A stretch of DNA of 33,258 nucleotides from Thraustochytrium aureum (GCA_012862495.1 BLSG01000161.1:62234-95491); one strand, 5' to 3'. Numbered from the stretch's first letter, positions 19,382 to 30,464 are shown. Notes: generated from the sequence alone by a model not told the origin. Program-made: numbers and translations.

Positions 19382-21291
19382 TCAAGCGCGGACAGTTTCC
19401 TCGTAGACGACGGCCGTGCCATTGACAACTTTACACGCGACTTCCGTGATCCATTTCTCGACGGCCCAGGATGGAGGCGAGTCCAAGTCGATGTCGAAGA
19501 CGGCCAACCCAACCGTGAAGAAGACGCCCGTGAGGACGAACGTTGAGATGATGTTGAGGATGAACCCCGGCAGCATCATATCGCGAAAGGCAATCTTGCC
19601 CGTCGCAAAAACGACAGCGTTGGGCGGCGTCGCAATGGGAAACATGAAAGCGAGCGAGGCCGCCACAGTAGAAGGCACCAGCAGAATGTATGGATTGATC
19701 CCGTTTTGCACCGCGATCGGGGCGAGGATGGTGATCATGATGTTGCTGGTTGCCGTATTTGAGGTCAGCTCGGTGATCACATGCACAAAAAGCCCGATGA
19801 GAAACACCATGATGATGGGGTTCAGCGAGGTGAGCCCGCCCAGAGCCTCGCCGATCACTTTGGAGAGCCCGGACTTGATAAAGCCGTCCGAGATGGCAAA
19901 GCCTGCGCCAAAGAGTAGAAAGAGGCCCCAAGGCAGCTTGGCGATGTCCTTGTTGTTGAGGAGCCGGGGGCGCTGCACATGGCCGTTTTCGCCTTCGTCT
20001 GGCGGGAGGGAGAATGCCGGGAGAAGGAACAGGAGGCTCGCCATCATGCACGCGATGACCCCGTCATCCACATACTCTCTCCAGGACCCGCCCAGGGCCT
20101 CGCACTCGCTTCTGAGAGTCGACGTGTCGTCCGAGCACGTCCCAACGAAGGGCGAGATCAGGTATGGGCGGGAAAACCAAAGTGCGACCATCGCCACTTC
20201 TACAAGGAGGACCGCGCGCTCATCGCGAGACATTGGTCCTTGCTGCTTGGCTGCAGCGCGGAAAACGTCGGTGTTCATGCGCACCGACTCAGACCGCTTT
20301 CCGAAAGGCACAAACATGACGCACAGCAGCGCCCAGCTGATAACAAGCATCAGGACGGCTGTCGGGAAGCCGAACGAAAACCACTGGCCAAATGTGATCA
20401 CCTGACCGTAGCGGAGTTGGACCTGGGAAACGAGCACCGAGTTGGGCGGTGTCCTTTGCGTAGCGAGCCTCGTCAGCTGGGCCCGAGCCAACTTGCGAAG
20501 CGCCTGTTTCCAACTTACCCGATGATTGTCGCGATGCCACCGCAAGAGGCGCCATACGCGATCCCGATCAAAATGCCCTTGCCAAACTTTCGCCGCGCTT
20601 TCTCACGGTTCTTGTTCGATGCCGACATGCCGGCGCCGTCGCCCTCCTCGAGGCTTGCGTTGCGTTCTTCAATGCCGTCTTTGCCACCGTTGTTGTCGTC
20701 GCTCTCGTCGTGGCTGTCCATGACGCCGTTCGCGAACGGGACCAGCATCGCCGTCGTGGCCGTGTTGCTCGCAAACATTGACACGAACCAGGCAACAGAC
20801 ATGAACGCAAATAGCAAGCGCTGCGGCGACGAGCCTAGGTTGACGAGGAACTTTAGCGCGATGCGTTTGTGCAGGTTGACCTTCTCGAAGGCCATGCCGA
20901 CCAAAAACGAACCAATGAACAGAAAGACGACCCAGTTCATGTAGAGCGCCGCCACGGCGGTCCCGGTGTTGATTTCGGCGAACGGGATCAGGATCAACGG
21001 CAAAAGCGAAGCCACCGGAAGCGGGACCACCTCTGTTATCCACCAAACAGCGGTGATGGTGGTGATGCCGAGCATGGCGTTCGCCAAAGGAAACTCGTCT
21101 CTCAGGGGCGGGCTGGCCCAGAAGGCCACGAGCCCGAGCGGGCCCAGAACAAGACCAGCGAGTTGCATCGTCGAATAGACAGGTGTGGCATCGAGGAGTC
21201 TTTCGGCATCAACGCTGCCGTCTTCTGCGCTCTCGCTGTGCGACCCAGCATGTGGACCCAACGCGCTGACGTTTCCAGCGGCGCGTCCCAT
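19382..21291 (-). CDS. SLC13/DASS Na+-coupled dicarboxylate/sulfate transporter; two exons (21291-20519, 20453-19382)
   Basis: WWITEVVPLPVASLLP, SMFASNTATTAML, IAYGASCGGIATIIG|TPPN (restored by splicing a 65-nt GTAAGT...GCTGAC...AAG intron at 20518-20454), TELTSNTAT, AFMFPIATPPNAVVF. The N-terminus may extend above 21291. Confidence 0.95.
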
Positions 21292-21972
21292 TTTCGCCTT
21301 TGGACTGTAGAGCTCCAGCGTTTCGACGTCGTTGAGCTCTTGCGCTTGGCAATGGGGGTCTGTCTGTCTGCCTGCCTAACGGACTGACTGACTTGTCTGC
21401 CTGGACCACGGGAATGAGACCTCTGAGTCGCTCCATTTGAAGATTGGTACGCAGAACGCGAGCTGCGCTGGGGGCACGAGCTGCTAGTGTCGTGAATCGG
21501 GAGCTGGGCACCTTCTACTTGATGCGGCTCGGCCTCCATCCAAGTCGGACGACGCCACCGCCCTCCATCAGACGTCGCAGACAAAGAAACAAACCATCGA
21601 TAGGCTACAGACCACCTTCCGCAGCAGTCAGTCATCGCGGCCTTGGCCCCGCAAGCAAGAGAGAGTGTGGAGTTGGCTGTGGTCCGAGTACCTTCCGTAG
21701 AACAGTGTCGTCGAACTGTGGAAGGCGTCGACGCCAGCCGTACTCGTACAGCACTTTGTGAGTCAGTGAAGTGGGCTTTGAGCGGAGCACCTCGAACGAT
21801 CCGACGAGACGCATGCGCCCTTGCCATTCTCGTACCGCGCGAAGGGCACTTGACCGCACCTGCAGCCACCAGATTCATGACAGATTCCCATCCTGAAGCG
21901 CTCGCGCCACAAACGCGTCATTGATTCCCCCGCACGCATCATCGATCGTGCACACCACGACAGGGTTTGCAC

Positions 21973-22026
21973 TAGGTTAGGGCGCGCGGACAAGGTTAGG
22001 TTTAGAGGACTAGGTTTGGTTAGGGT
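21973..22026 (+). repeat. Degenerate telomere-like (TTAGG/TTAGGG) cluster
   Basis: taggttaggg, aggttaggtttagagg and taggtttggttagggt within ~55 bp. Confidence 0.45.
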
Positions 22027-22304
22027 GGAGTAAAGTTACCGTTCGGTCGGTTCAGGTCAGGCCCAATGCAGTTCAGAATTCAGATGGACGGGAGGCGTTC
22101 CACTGGCAGGGGCCCGATCAGACCAGATTGACGACTGCGCGCTGGTGGCCGGCTGGCAAGCGGTTTACAGTGTACTCTACACTTTGACGCGGCGCCTGAT
22201 GGACGCGCAGTTCTGAGCGATCTGCGCGAGCCTTCNNNNNNNNNNNNNNNNNNNNNNNNNNNNNNNNNNNNNNNNNNNNNNNNNNNNNNNNNNNNNNNNN
22301 NNNT

Positions 22305-25300
22305 GTCTGTGCAATCTGGCAAGCGGCCTGCGCGGCGCTGGAGCCCGCGCTTGACGGGTCTGGGAACAACCTGGACCATCCTGGGTGGGGCGCCGCTGGC
22401 CAACTCTTGGCCTTCCGAGAAGCAAACGCGAGCTTTGGCGACGGCAAGACTTCAACTGGCGTTGGCCGTCTTCCGTCGGCTCGCGCCGTGAGCACGCGCG
22501 TCTTTCTTGTGGCTCCACCGCGCACAGACTCTGAGACAAACGCACTCATCACCACCTTCGGTCAGCTCGTTGCACACGATGTGTTTGGGTTGGCGGAGGA
22601 CGGGTCGGAGAGTATCGCGATCCCCGTGCCTGCGTGTGATGCCGCTTTTGACACTTTGTGCACAGGGTCGCAGTCTCTCCCATTCTGGCACGCCAGGCGC
22701 GAACTCGGGCCAAGCGGGCAATCAGTGGTGCGGACCACCACGAGCGCGTGGCTTGACGCCTCCTTCGTTTACGGGACGGACCAGGCGAGACTATCAAAGC
22801 TGCGAACGCTCTCCGGCGGGCTGCTAAAGACATCCGCCGGGCCTGGCGGCGAGGAGCTCCTACCCCTTAGCGTCGCAATCGACGTGGGGATGCTTGGGCG
22901 CCACGGCGGCGGCGGCGGCGATCCGGCTCCGCTTTTTGCCGCTGGCGACGAGCGCGCAAACGCCAACCTGCCGATCCTTTCAATCCATACCGTCTTGCAT
23001 CTCGAGCACAACCGAATGGCGCGCAAGCTTCAGGCGATCGAGCCAACGTGGACAGACGATCAACTGTTCGAAGGCGCGCGAAGGTTTGTTATTGCGCTTT
23101 GGCAGCGCACGGTGTATACCGAGTACCTGCCGCGCTTGTTGGGCAAGCCAATCAGGCCATACGAAGGCTATGACTCGAGCGCCGACCCGGCCCTGGACTT
23201 TGCGACAGCTGCAACCGCGCTGCAGTACACTGTGTCTGCAATCTCGCCCAAGGTACTGCTGCTTAAACATGCGCGTGCTACGTTCGAAAGCGGGCACATT
23301 CGACTCGGAGAGTCGCTTCTCAACCCGGCCGAGTTTCATTCGAGCGGCCTTGCAGCGGTCCTCCGTGGCCAGATAGCGCAGCCGGCGAGCGTGGCTGGGC
23401 TTTTCGTCGCAGAGGAGGTCCAGAACTCGGAGATTTGGGGCGACCTTGTTGCAACTACCATCCAACGGGGTCGCGACCTCGGTGTCCCGAGTTTGAACAA
23501 CGTCCGCGAGCTCGTCGGCCTAGCTCGGTACTCGTCGTGGACCGAGCTCTCGACAGACCCTGCCTCCCGAGCTCGGCTCGCCGCTGCCTATGCGAGCCTA
23601 GACGATGTGGACGCCATTGTTGGTGGCCTTGCCGAACCCAAGGACCCGGGGGCGCTCGTCGGGCCGACGTTTGCTCGACTGATAGAGCTCCAATTCGAGC
23701 ATCTGAGACGCGCAGACCGCTTTCACTTCGAGCGGCTTGGCGCCCATCCGGGCTTTGTCTCCGCCGAGCTGGCGCGCCGGACGCTGGCGGACGTGCTGCG
23801 GGACCACGTTGGGGAGGGCTTTGAGATCGGTGACGACGCTCTCAGTGTTCAGCCTGCCAGAGCGCTAGCTAGAGGAGGAATGGCTCTCGCCAGCAAGCCT
23901 GCTCAAGCGCGGGCGCTTGCGGCAAACAACCTTGGTAGGAATACCGAGTGGCGGATCGTGGAGCCGTTCGAGGGCATGGAGGTGCGCTGGCATGTTAACG
24001 CAACCAGCGGCACGATCGAAATCGTGCTGAAAGGAAGGCTTTCGGATACTGGGTGGGTCGCCATTGGGTTTGGAACGACGCAAATGTACGGTTCCGACAT
24101 CGTGCTCGGTGTCCTCCACCCGGAATACAAGACGCCCATGGCGATTGACATGTTCATCCCGCCTGGCAAACTTGGTGTGCCAGACATCGAACTAGGTGGC
24201 ACCGACGACGTGCAGCCAGGTTCAGTGTCGGGCGGCTACTCGAATGGGTGGCTAGAGATTCGTTTTTCGCGCGCTCTCGTGGCCGGACTGGAAGACTACC
24301 CGCTGGACCCTACGCCTGGGATCAAAACAAACCTCATCTTCGCAATGGGAAGCGAGGCCGGAATAACCCATGGGCGGGCTTGGCGCGCGAGCCACCCGCT
24401 TGTGCTTCTTCTCGGCGAAGAGGACCCTCAGTGCACGCTACGGCCCGACGGTCGTTCCACCTCTGATTTCGTCGTGCACGCTGCCATCATGTCCCTGATG
24501 TGGATGTGCTTCATGCCTTTGTCTGTGTACTATGTCCATTTCCGGCGGTCAAGGCCTGGCGTCCTTGAGCTCCATCAGGCGCTCGCCCAGGCGGGTAGTC
24601 TCGGCGTGGTTGCGCTGGCCGCCTCGGCCCTTGCCGTAAACAAGCATGTCCTGACCGATCCGCACGTGCTCGTAGGTCTGCTCGTCGTGCTTGTTCTCGT
24701 GTGCCAGATTATTCTAGGCCGGCTCCTTCGCGCTGCGCTTCAGAAGGGCACAGATGTGGCGTCCGTGTTGCGCTTCAAAAAGGCCCACGGAGCAATTGGA
24801 TGGACGCTGCTCTGCGTCGCCCTCTTCAACTGCGGTTTGGGTGTGGACAGGATGTTCGCTGCGTCCAACACCACAGTGCGCCAGGCGTACATGGCCTACG
24901 TTGCCGGCCTCGTGTGCGTTTTCCTTTTCAAAGAGGCGCGCCGAAACGGGTCAAAGCTAACAATGAAGGGGTCGAGCCTCAAATACAAGCCAAGCGGGCT
25001 GTCCGCGGTGGTGCCCTACGGGCGGCAACGGGTAGACTCGAGCTCCTTGGTGGGCCCCAAGAACGCCGACTTGGTCAGCTGGTCGTGGCAGGAGTTCCGC
25101 AACCGCCTCATGTCCGGGCAGCAGTTAATAGTGATAGGCTCCAAGGCGTACAACATTGGCAACTTTGCGAACGGGCACCCAGCTGGCGCTCGGATCATTC
25201 AGGACTACGTCGGCTGCGACGCAACTGCCGCGTTTCTTGGGCGAGACATGACCAGTATTCTGCGCCGACCCCATAGCGCTGAAGCGGTCCAAATTCTGAC

Positions 25301-26479
25301 TGCGTTTCAGGCAGCTGCAATTCAGGACAGCAGCAGCAGCGACGAAGCGAGCCGCGAGTCGCTGCTCGACCACTTTGTTCGCGTCGAGGTGGTCGCAAAG
25401 ACTGTCATTAATGGTGGCCGCGCTGTCGTCATTGAAGTGCAACTGCCAGAAAGGGCAGAGCCGATCCTCGCAGACACAGCATGCGACAAGGCGGCGGCCA
25501 CTACGCCAGGCCGCAAGTCGGCTCTAGCGTCGGCCGCGGAAAAAGATNNNNNNNNNNNNNNNNNNNNNNNNNNNNNNNNNNNNNNNNNNNNNNNNNNNNN
25601 NNNNNNNNNNNNNNNNNNNNNNNNNNNNNNNNNNNNNNNNNNNNNNNNNNNNNNNNNNNNNNNNNNAGAATTACCAACGGGGGAGTCAAGGTCCTGGAGT
25701 CGCTCGGCGCTGGTGCCAGAGGTGCGCGGCAAGCACAGGCGTCGAATTCGAAGTGCGCGCCAAGCTCGCTCGGGCAGCATTTTGCGTTCCTGATGGTGCT
25801 AGGCGGTCAAGTTGTCGTGCGGCACTACACGCCGCTCGACACCTCGGTGGAGAGCGGGCGCGTCAGGTTTGGCGTCAAGGTGTACGAAAAGGGGCAAGTC
25901 TCTCGCGCGCTGGCAGACCTGTCTCCGGGCCAATACTTGCGCGTGCACGGGCCACTTGGGAGCGGTACTGCGTGCAAGAACGAGCTTCTCCCGCACGGGT
26001 GCTGGTCGCGGCTGGTGTTCCTTGCTGGGGGGAGCGGCGTCTTCCCAGCGATCTGCGCGGTGCGGCACCACCTGCGACACGCTAAAGGGAGCGTTGCGCT
26101 TTGGGTGATCGTCTCAAACAGGACCTCGGACGACTTTTTCTTTGTGGAGGAGCTCGAGCAGCTGGTTGTCAGCGCTGAAGGGTCGCTAAAGGTCGTCTAC
26201 ACCGCCACACGGCAAGCCGTGGGTTCGGGGCTGGCGGCACCAGCGCGGAGTTACGGCGCCAGCCAAGCCGCCAAGCGAAAAGAAGAACCCATCCGCGACT
26301 TGCGAGAAGGACACATCTCGGCCGAGCTGCTGATTGCGGCTGGAGTGCCAAAGCCAGAGGACTTTCCAGTCAAAGACTCGCTCCTCGTTGCGGCTGGCCC
26401 AACAGGCTTTTGCAGGGCTATGTCTACGATGCTTCAGTCTGTTGGGTACGACGAAGACCAAATTATTCAAATGTCGTGA
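22305..26479 (+). CDS. Multidomain membrane oxidoreductase: heme-peroxidase-like domain + DOMON + cytochrome b561 + cytochrome b5 + FAD/NAD(P)H reductase
   Basis: Open from 22305: signal-peptide-like end VCAIWQAACAA, then DGSGNNLDHPGWG, FGQLVAHD, WLDASFVYG, GDERAN, EHNR, IQRGRDLG, GGLAE, DRFHFE (peroxidase). GWVAIGF..MYGSD..FSRAL..TH (DOMON). Four TM His (b561). HPAG..DAT..HS (b5). After the gap: GQH, RHYTP, VKVYEKGQVS, GPLG, AGGSGVFP, SNRT, AGP (reductase). The start codon probably lies in gap 22236-22303. Confidence 0.88.
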
Positions 26480-26509
26480 CGTTGGCGAGCCCCGTGAAGC
26501 CGCAGACCC

Positions 26510-26587
26510 TGTGCCATCCATCTGTAGATTGACCAATTACAACGAGTGTGCCATCCATCTGTGGATTGACCAATTACAACGAGTGTG
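26510..26587. repeat. 37-bp direct tandem duplication followed by a short TATG/AATG tract
   Basis: tgtgccatccatctgt(a/g)gattgaccaattacaacgag at 26510 and 26547, followed by tatgaatgtatgtatgaatg at ~26595-26614. Confidence 0.93.
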
Positions 26588-26682
26588 TTGTTGTTATGAA
26601 TGTATGTATGAATGTTGTCTGAGAGTAGCTTGCTCGTACTTTGCCAAGTGATTCGCATACCCAGCGCAAACACCAAGGCCTG

Positions 26683-27740
26683 TCAGCGGAAAGAGCCTGG
26701 CGCGCTTCGCAAGAGCGGGTTGTGCTCGTGCGACTCGACGGCGCGCTCGACGTCGATCGAGGACAAGAGCTGTTTGACGTGGCCGCTCCTCACTCGGCGC
26801 TTTTTCAGTTCGTTGGCCCAGATTTGCGCTTCATTCGAAGCGGCCGCATCCACGTCACGCAGAAGCTCGCACCGGCGCTCCGCCATACAGACGGCCTCGT
26901 CCAGTCGCCGGGCCTTTACCATGCAGCACGTTGCTTCTTCCAAAAAGTCCGCCTCGGCCGCTTGTGCGCCAGCCAGTCCGTCGGCGGTGGCCTGGGCGTA
27001 CAGGCGCCAGGCTTCGCGCAAAAAGTCAAGCGCCTTCCAAGGACGGCCCTGGGCGTTTGCGTAGTGCAGAGCCGCGTCTTCGTAGGCAACGGCGAGGGCC
27101 TGGTCGTTCCCAGCGTCCTCTGCCAGGTTGATTGCCTGGAGTAGTCGGGCCTCCTCGTCGCCTTTGCGCACCGAGCTGGACAGCTCACGGAGGCGCTGGT
27201 GGGCCGGAGAAAGCGATGCTAGCGAGACGCTCGACGCAGACTCGGAACCGACCGAGTCGTGGCCGTGCTCGCTTGACTTGTCGGCATAGCCCCACCGGCG
27301 GGATCGAAGTCCACGGTGGGGTCTACGCGTCTGAGCGCAGTTGTTTGAATCGGTGGCGGAGCAGCTCGTTGCATGCGCTCTTTGCGGCCTGACACTGCTT
27401 GGCCTTCCGGCTTTGCGCTGTTTGGACTGGGGGTCTCGTTCTCGCGTTCGCCTGCCTGCGTCCGAAGCGCTTGCTTCTCTAGTGCGCGGACGAACGCGAG
27501 GTCGAGGTCCTCGTGCTCGCTTGCGCTCGGTAAAGCATCCTCGGGGGTGGCATGGCCCCTTCCTGCGTGTTTTTTGGCCCTCGCCGGGGCCAGGTTTGCC
27601 GGCAGCGCGTCACTTCCCCTCGCGACACCGCAGCAACCTTTGATCTCCCTCCCAAACGAGGCCATGTCCTCTGCAATATCCGCAAAGAACCTTTCAAACA
27701 CATTGCGCGAGTCCCCTCGCTTCGCGGTCCCCGGCTCCAT
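26683..27740 (-). CDS. Hypothetical protein: disordered N-terminal half and TPR/SNAP-like helical C-terminus; apparent frameshift near 27290
   Basis: ORF from ATG 27740 (MEPGTAKRGDSRNVFERFFADIAED...) overlaps a second frame that is open from ~27610 to stop 26683 (GYADKSSEHG..LLQAINLAEDAGNDQALAVAYEDAALHYANAQGRPWKALDFLREAWRLY). Confidence 0.55.
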
Positions 27741-28708
27741 GCCGCGCGGCCGCCTCGGGCACGGCGCCAGGAGGTGCGCGAGCGCGCAGGACGTGTGTCA
27801 ACAAACAAAAAGTGCGCGCGAGCCGGAAGGGGAAGGCGCAGGCCGTGGCCCTGGCCGCAAAAACCAGGGCCAGTCTATCCGTCTATGCGCCCGCCGTCGG
27901 CCTTGTGGCTCCAGCGGCCAATTCGCGCTCGGTCGATGGCGGCCTGCCCTGGCAGGGACCCGCTCGCGCACAAATCGGGTCTGCGTCAAGACCAAAACAG
28001 TGNNNNNNNNNNNNNNNNNNNNNNNNNNNNNNNNNNNNNNNNNNNNNNNNNNNNNNNNNNNNNNNNNNNNNNNNNNNNNNNNNNNNNNNNNNNNNNNNNN
28101 NNNNNNNNNNNNNNNNNNNNNNNNNNNNNNNNNNNNNNNNNNNNNNNNNNNNNNNNNNNNNNNNNNNNNNNNNNNNNNNNNNNNNNNNNNNNNNNNNNNN
28201 NNNNNNNNNNNNNNNNNNNNNNNNNNNNNNNNNNNNNNNNNNNNNNNNNNNNNNNNNNNNNNNNNNNNNNNNNNNNNNNNNNNNNNNNNNNNNNNNNNNN
28301 NNNNNNNNNNNNNNNNNNNNNNNNNNNNNNNNNNNNNNNNNNNNNNNNNNNNNNNNNNNNNNNNNNNNNNNNNNNNNNNNNNNNNNNNNNNNNNNNNNNN
28401 NNNNNNNNNNNNNNNNNNNNNNNNNNNNNNNNNNNNNNNNNNNNNNNNNNNNNNNNNNNNNNNNNNNNNNNNNNNNNNNNNNNNNNNNNNNNNNNNNNNN
28501 NNNNNNNNNNNNNNNNNNNNNNNNNNNNNNNNNNNNNNNNNNNNNNNNNNNNNNNNNNNNNNNNNNNNNNNNNNNNNNNNNNNNNNNNNNNNNNNNNNNN
28601 NNNNNNNNNNNNNNNNNNNNNNNNNNNNNNNNNNNNNNNNNNNNNNNNNNNNNNNNNNNNNNNNNNNNNNNNNNNNNNNNNNNNNNNNNNNNNNNNNNNN
28701 NNNNNNNN

Positions 28709-28952
28709 TGTCGGCGGGCTTGGCTTGCGCCGCCGTCTTTGCCGCGGCGGGGGGCGCGGCGGGCTTGGCTTCTGCTGCTTCAGATGGCGCGGCGGTAGGG
28801 GCCGCGTTGTCCGCGCCATCGCCCAGGAGCTCTTCGTCCAGCGCGGTCTGGAGCCGTTCGACGAGGTCGGCCTTCTTGCCGGTCGGGTCAAGTCCGCGGC
28901 TTTTGAGCGCGTCTCGCAGGTCGCCGACCTTCATCTTCTTCGGGTCCTCCAT
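28709..28952 (-). CDS. SAP-domain protein, N-terminus only (Tho1/SARNP-like size and layout); remainder in gap
   Basis: MEDPKKMKVGDLRDALKSRGLDPTGKKADLVERLQTALDEE is a canonical SAP motif, followed by an Ala/Pro linker. Confidence 0.85.
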
Positions 28953-29455
28953 TTTCTCTGCTTGCTTGGCTATCTGGCTGAGCTGCCTGCCGGTCGGTCA
29001 GCTTGTCCGCCTCTGGCTCTGCTCCTGGCACGCGGCGATCGAGACGCCTCGGCGGGGCAGACAGTCGGTGGATAGACTGATCGAATGACCGAACAAAGGC
29101 TTGGCTCCAGGCGAGCTCCAGGACTCCACTTTGAAGGTTGCGCGCGTGCGCAGCTGCGAGACGAACGGGCCGGACGCGCCTAAAAGCGGTGCCCCTTCCG
29201 AATCGCGGCGCGGGCCGGCGCGCTTCGCTGCGTCAGGCGGGATACTCGCTCTGTTGGACGGGGCGGGCGGCTGCGGCTTTGGCAGAGGCGGCGGTTGGTA
29301 GGTGAGGAACAAGGGAAGGGCTCGACGGCGGGCGCCGAGAAAACCCGCAGCAGGGAGCCGCGCTCCTCCTCGGGCTACTTGCTAGCTAGAGAGCCAGAGC
29401 TCGAGGGCGGTAGGCAGTCCGGGCTGGTTAATGGCTGAGCTGAGTGCTAATTTGG

Positions 29456-30292
29456 CTAGAGAGTGGCGCCAGAGGCGGTGAGCGCGTCGATGATGCCCCG
29501 AATGCGCTTCTTGTCCAGAAGCTTGTAGCCCTCCGCCTGGGTCACGGTAGCAACCTCGACGTTCGAGTCGTCCACCTTCTCCTCCATAACCTGCTTGAGC
29601 ACTTTGAGCGCGAGCGTAAGGCCCTCCTCGAGCGTCAGGTTCTCGTTGTACTCCTCCTGCAGAGCATTCGAGGCGCCTTCGCTGCCCGATCCGATTGCGC
29701 GCGCATCCCACTTGGAAAACGAGCCGGTTGGGTCCGTGTTGTACAGCTGCGGCCCGTTCTCGTCCACGCCAGCCAGGAGAAGCGCCACGCCAAAGGGCCG
29801 CGAAGGCACGTCGTCGCCCTTGCCAAACCCGATGGCCACGTCAGAGATGCTCTGCGCGATGGAAGCCACCCGCATTGGCTCGTTAAAGGTAAACACATGG
29901 TTTTGGGCCTCGACGCGCGCCTTGTCGATCAGGGTGCGCGCGTCGGCGACGAGGCCGCTCATGGCGGCGCCGAGGTGGTGGTCCACCTCCATAATCTTCT
30001 CCACGCTGTCGGCCTCGACGAGCGGCGAGGTGAGTCGTTTCTCGACGGCCAGGATCACGCCTTCCTTCGTGCGCACGCCGATCGCTGTCGACCCGAGCTT
30101 GATCGCCTGCGCCCCGAGCAAAACGCCGTCGTCAGCGCCACCGGCCAGCCCCAACGCACCCAGCGGCAACCCCCTCCCCAAGCACGACCTCCGCGCAGGA
30201 CTTACCTCCAGCGCATACTCGACCTGAAACAGCCGACCCTCCGGCGAGAAGGTGTTGACCCCCCGATCATACTCGGACCGCGTCGCAAACAT
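29456..30292 (-). CDS. PSMA5: 20S proteasome subunit alpha type-5, with a 99-nt intron (30107-30205)
   Basis: [76 protein letters not shown]. Intron reads GTAAGT...GCTGAC...GCGCAG. Confidence 0.98.
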   Translation of the reverse strand: MFATRSEYDRGVNTFSPEGRLFQVEYALEVSPARRSCLGRGLPLGALGLAGGADDGVLLGAQAIKLGSTAIGVRTKEGVILAVEKRLTSPLVEADSVEKIMEVDHHLGAAMSGLVADARTLIDKARVEAQNHVFTFNEPMRVASIAQSISDVAIGFGKGDDVPSRPFGVALLLAGVDENGPQLYNTDPTGSFSKWDARAIGSGSEGASNALQEEYNENLTLEEGLTLALKVLKQVMEEKVDDSNVEVATVTQAEGYKLLDKKRIRGIIDALTASGATL

Positions 30293-30463
30293 CTCTCCGT
30301 CAAGCGCGCCTCAGGTGTCCGTCTCGCCGCGCCAACCGCCTCGCTCGCTCGCAGGAGGCCCTCTGCTCGCCGCTCTGCGCCGCCGCTCTGAATCCGCTGC
30401 CGAAGCCGAACGCCGCCGCTCCAACGTCGCCCAGGCCGTCCTCCACGCGCGCGCCGGCGATCA

Positions 30464-30464
<1 letters not shown>

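Noticed and set aside
21400..21960. Protein-like snippets (e.g. KVLYEYGW..LPQFDDTVLRKVLG) suggesting a decayed gene
   Set aside because: Fragments are short, in different frames and match no family I can name.
22305..26479. Calling the fusion gene DUOX/NADPH oxidase
   Set aside because: No EF-hands and no NOX ferric-reductase HPFT motif. The TM His pattern is b561-type and the flavin motif is RxYTP (b5 reductase-type).
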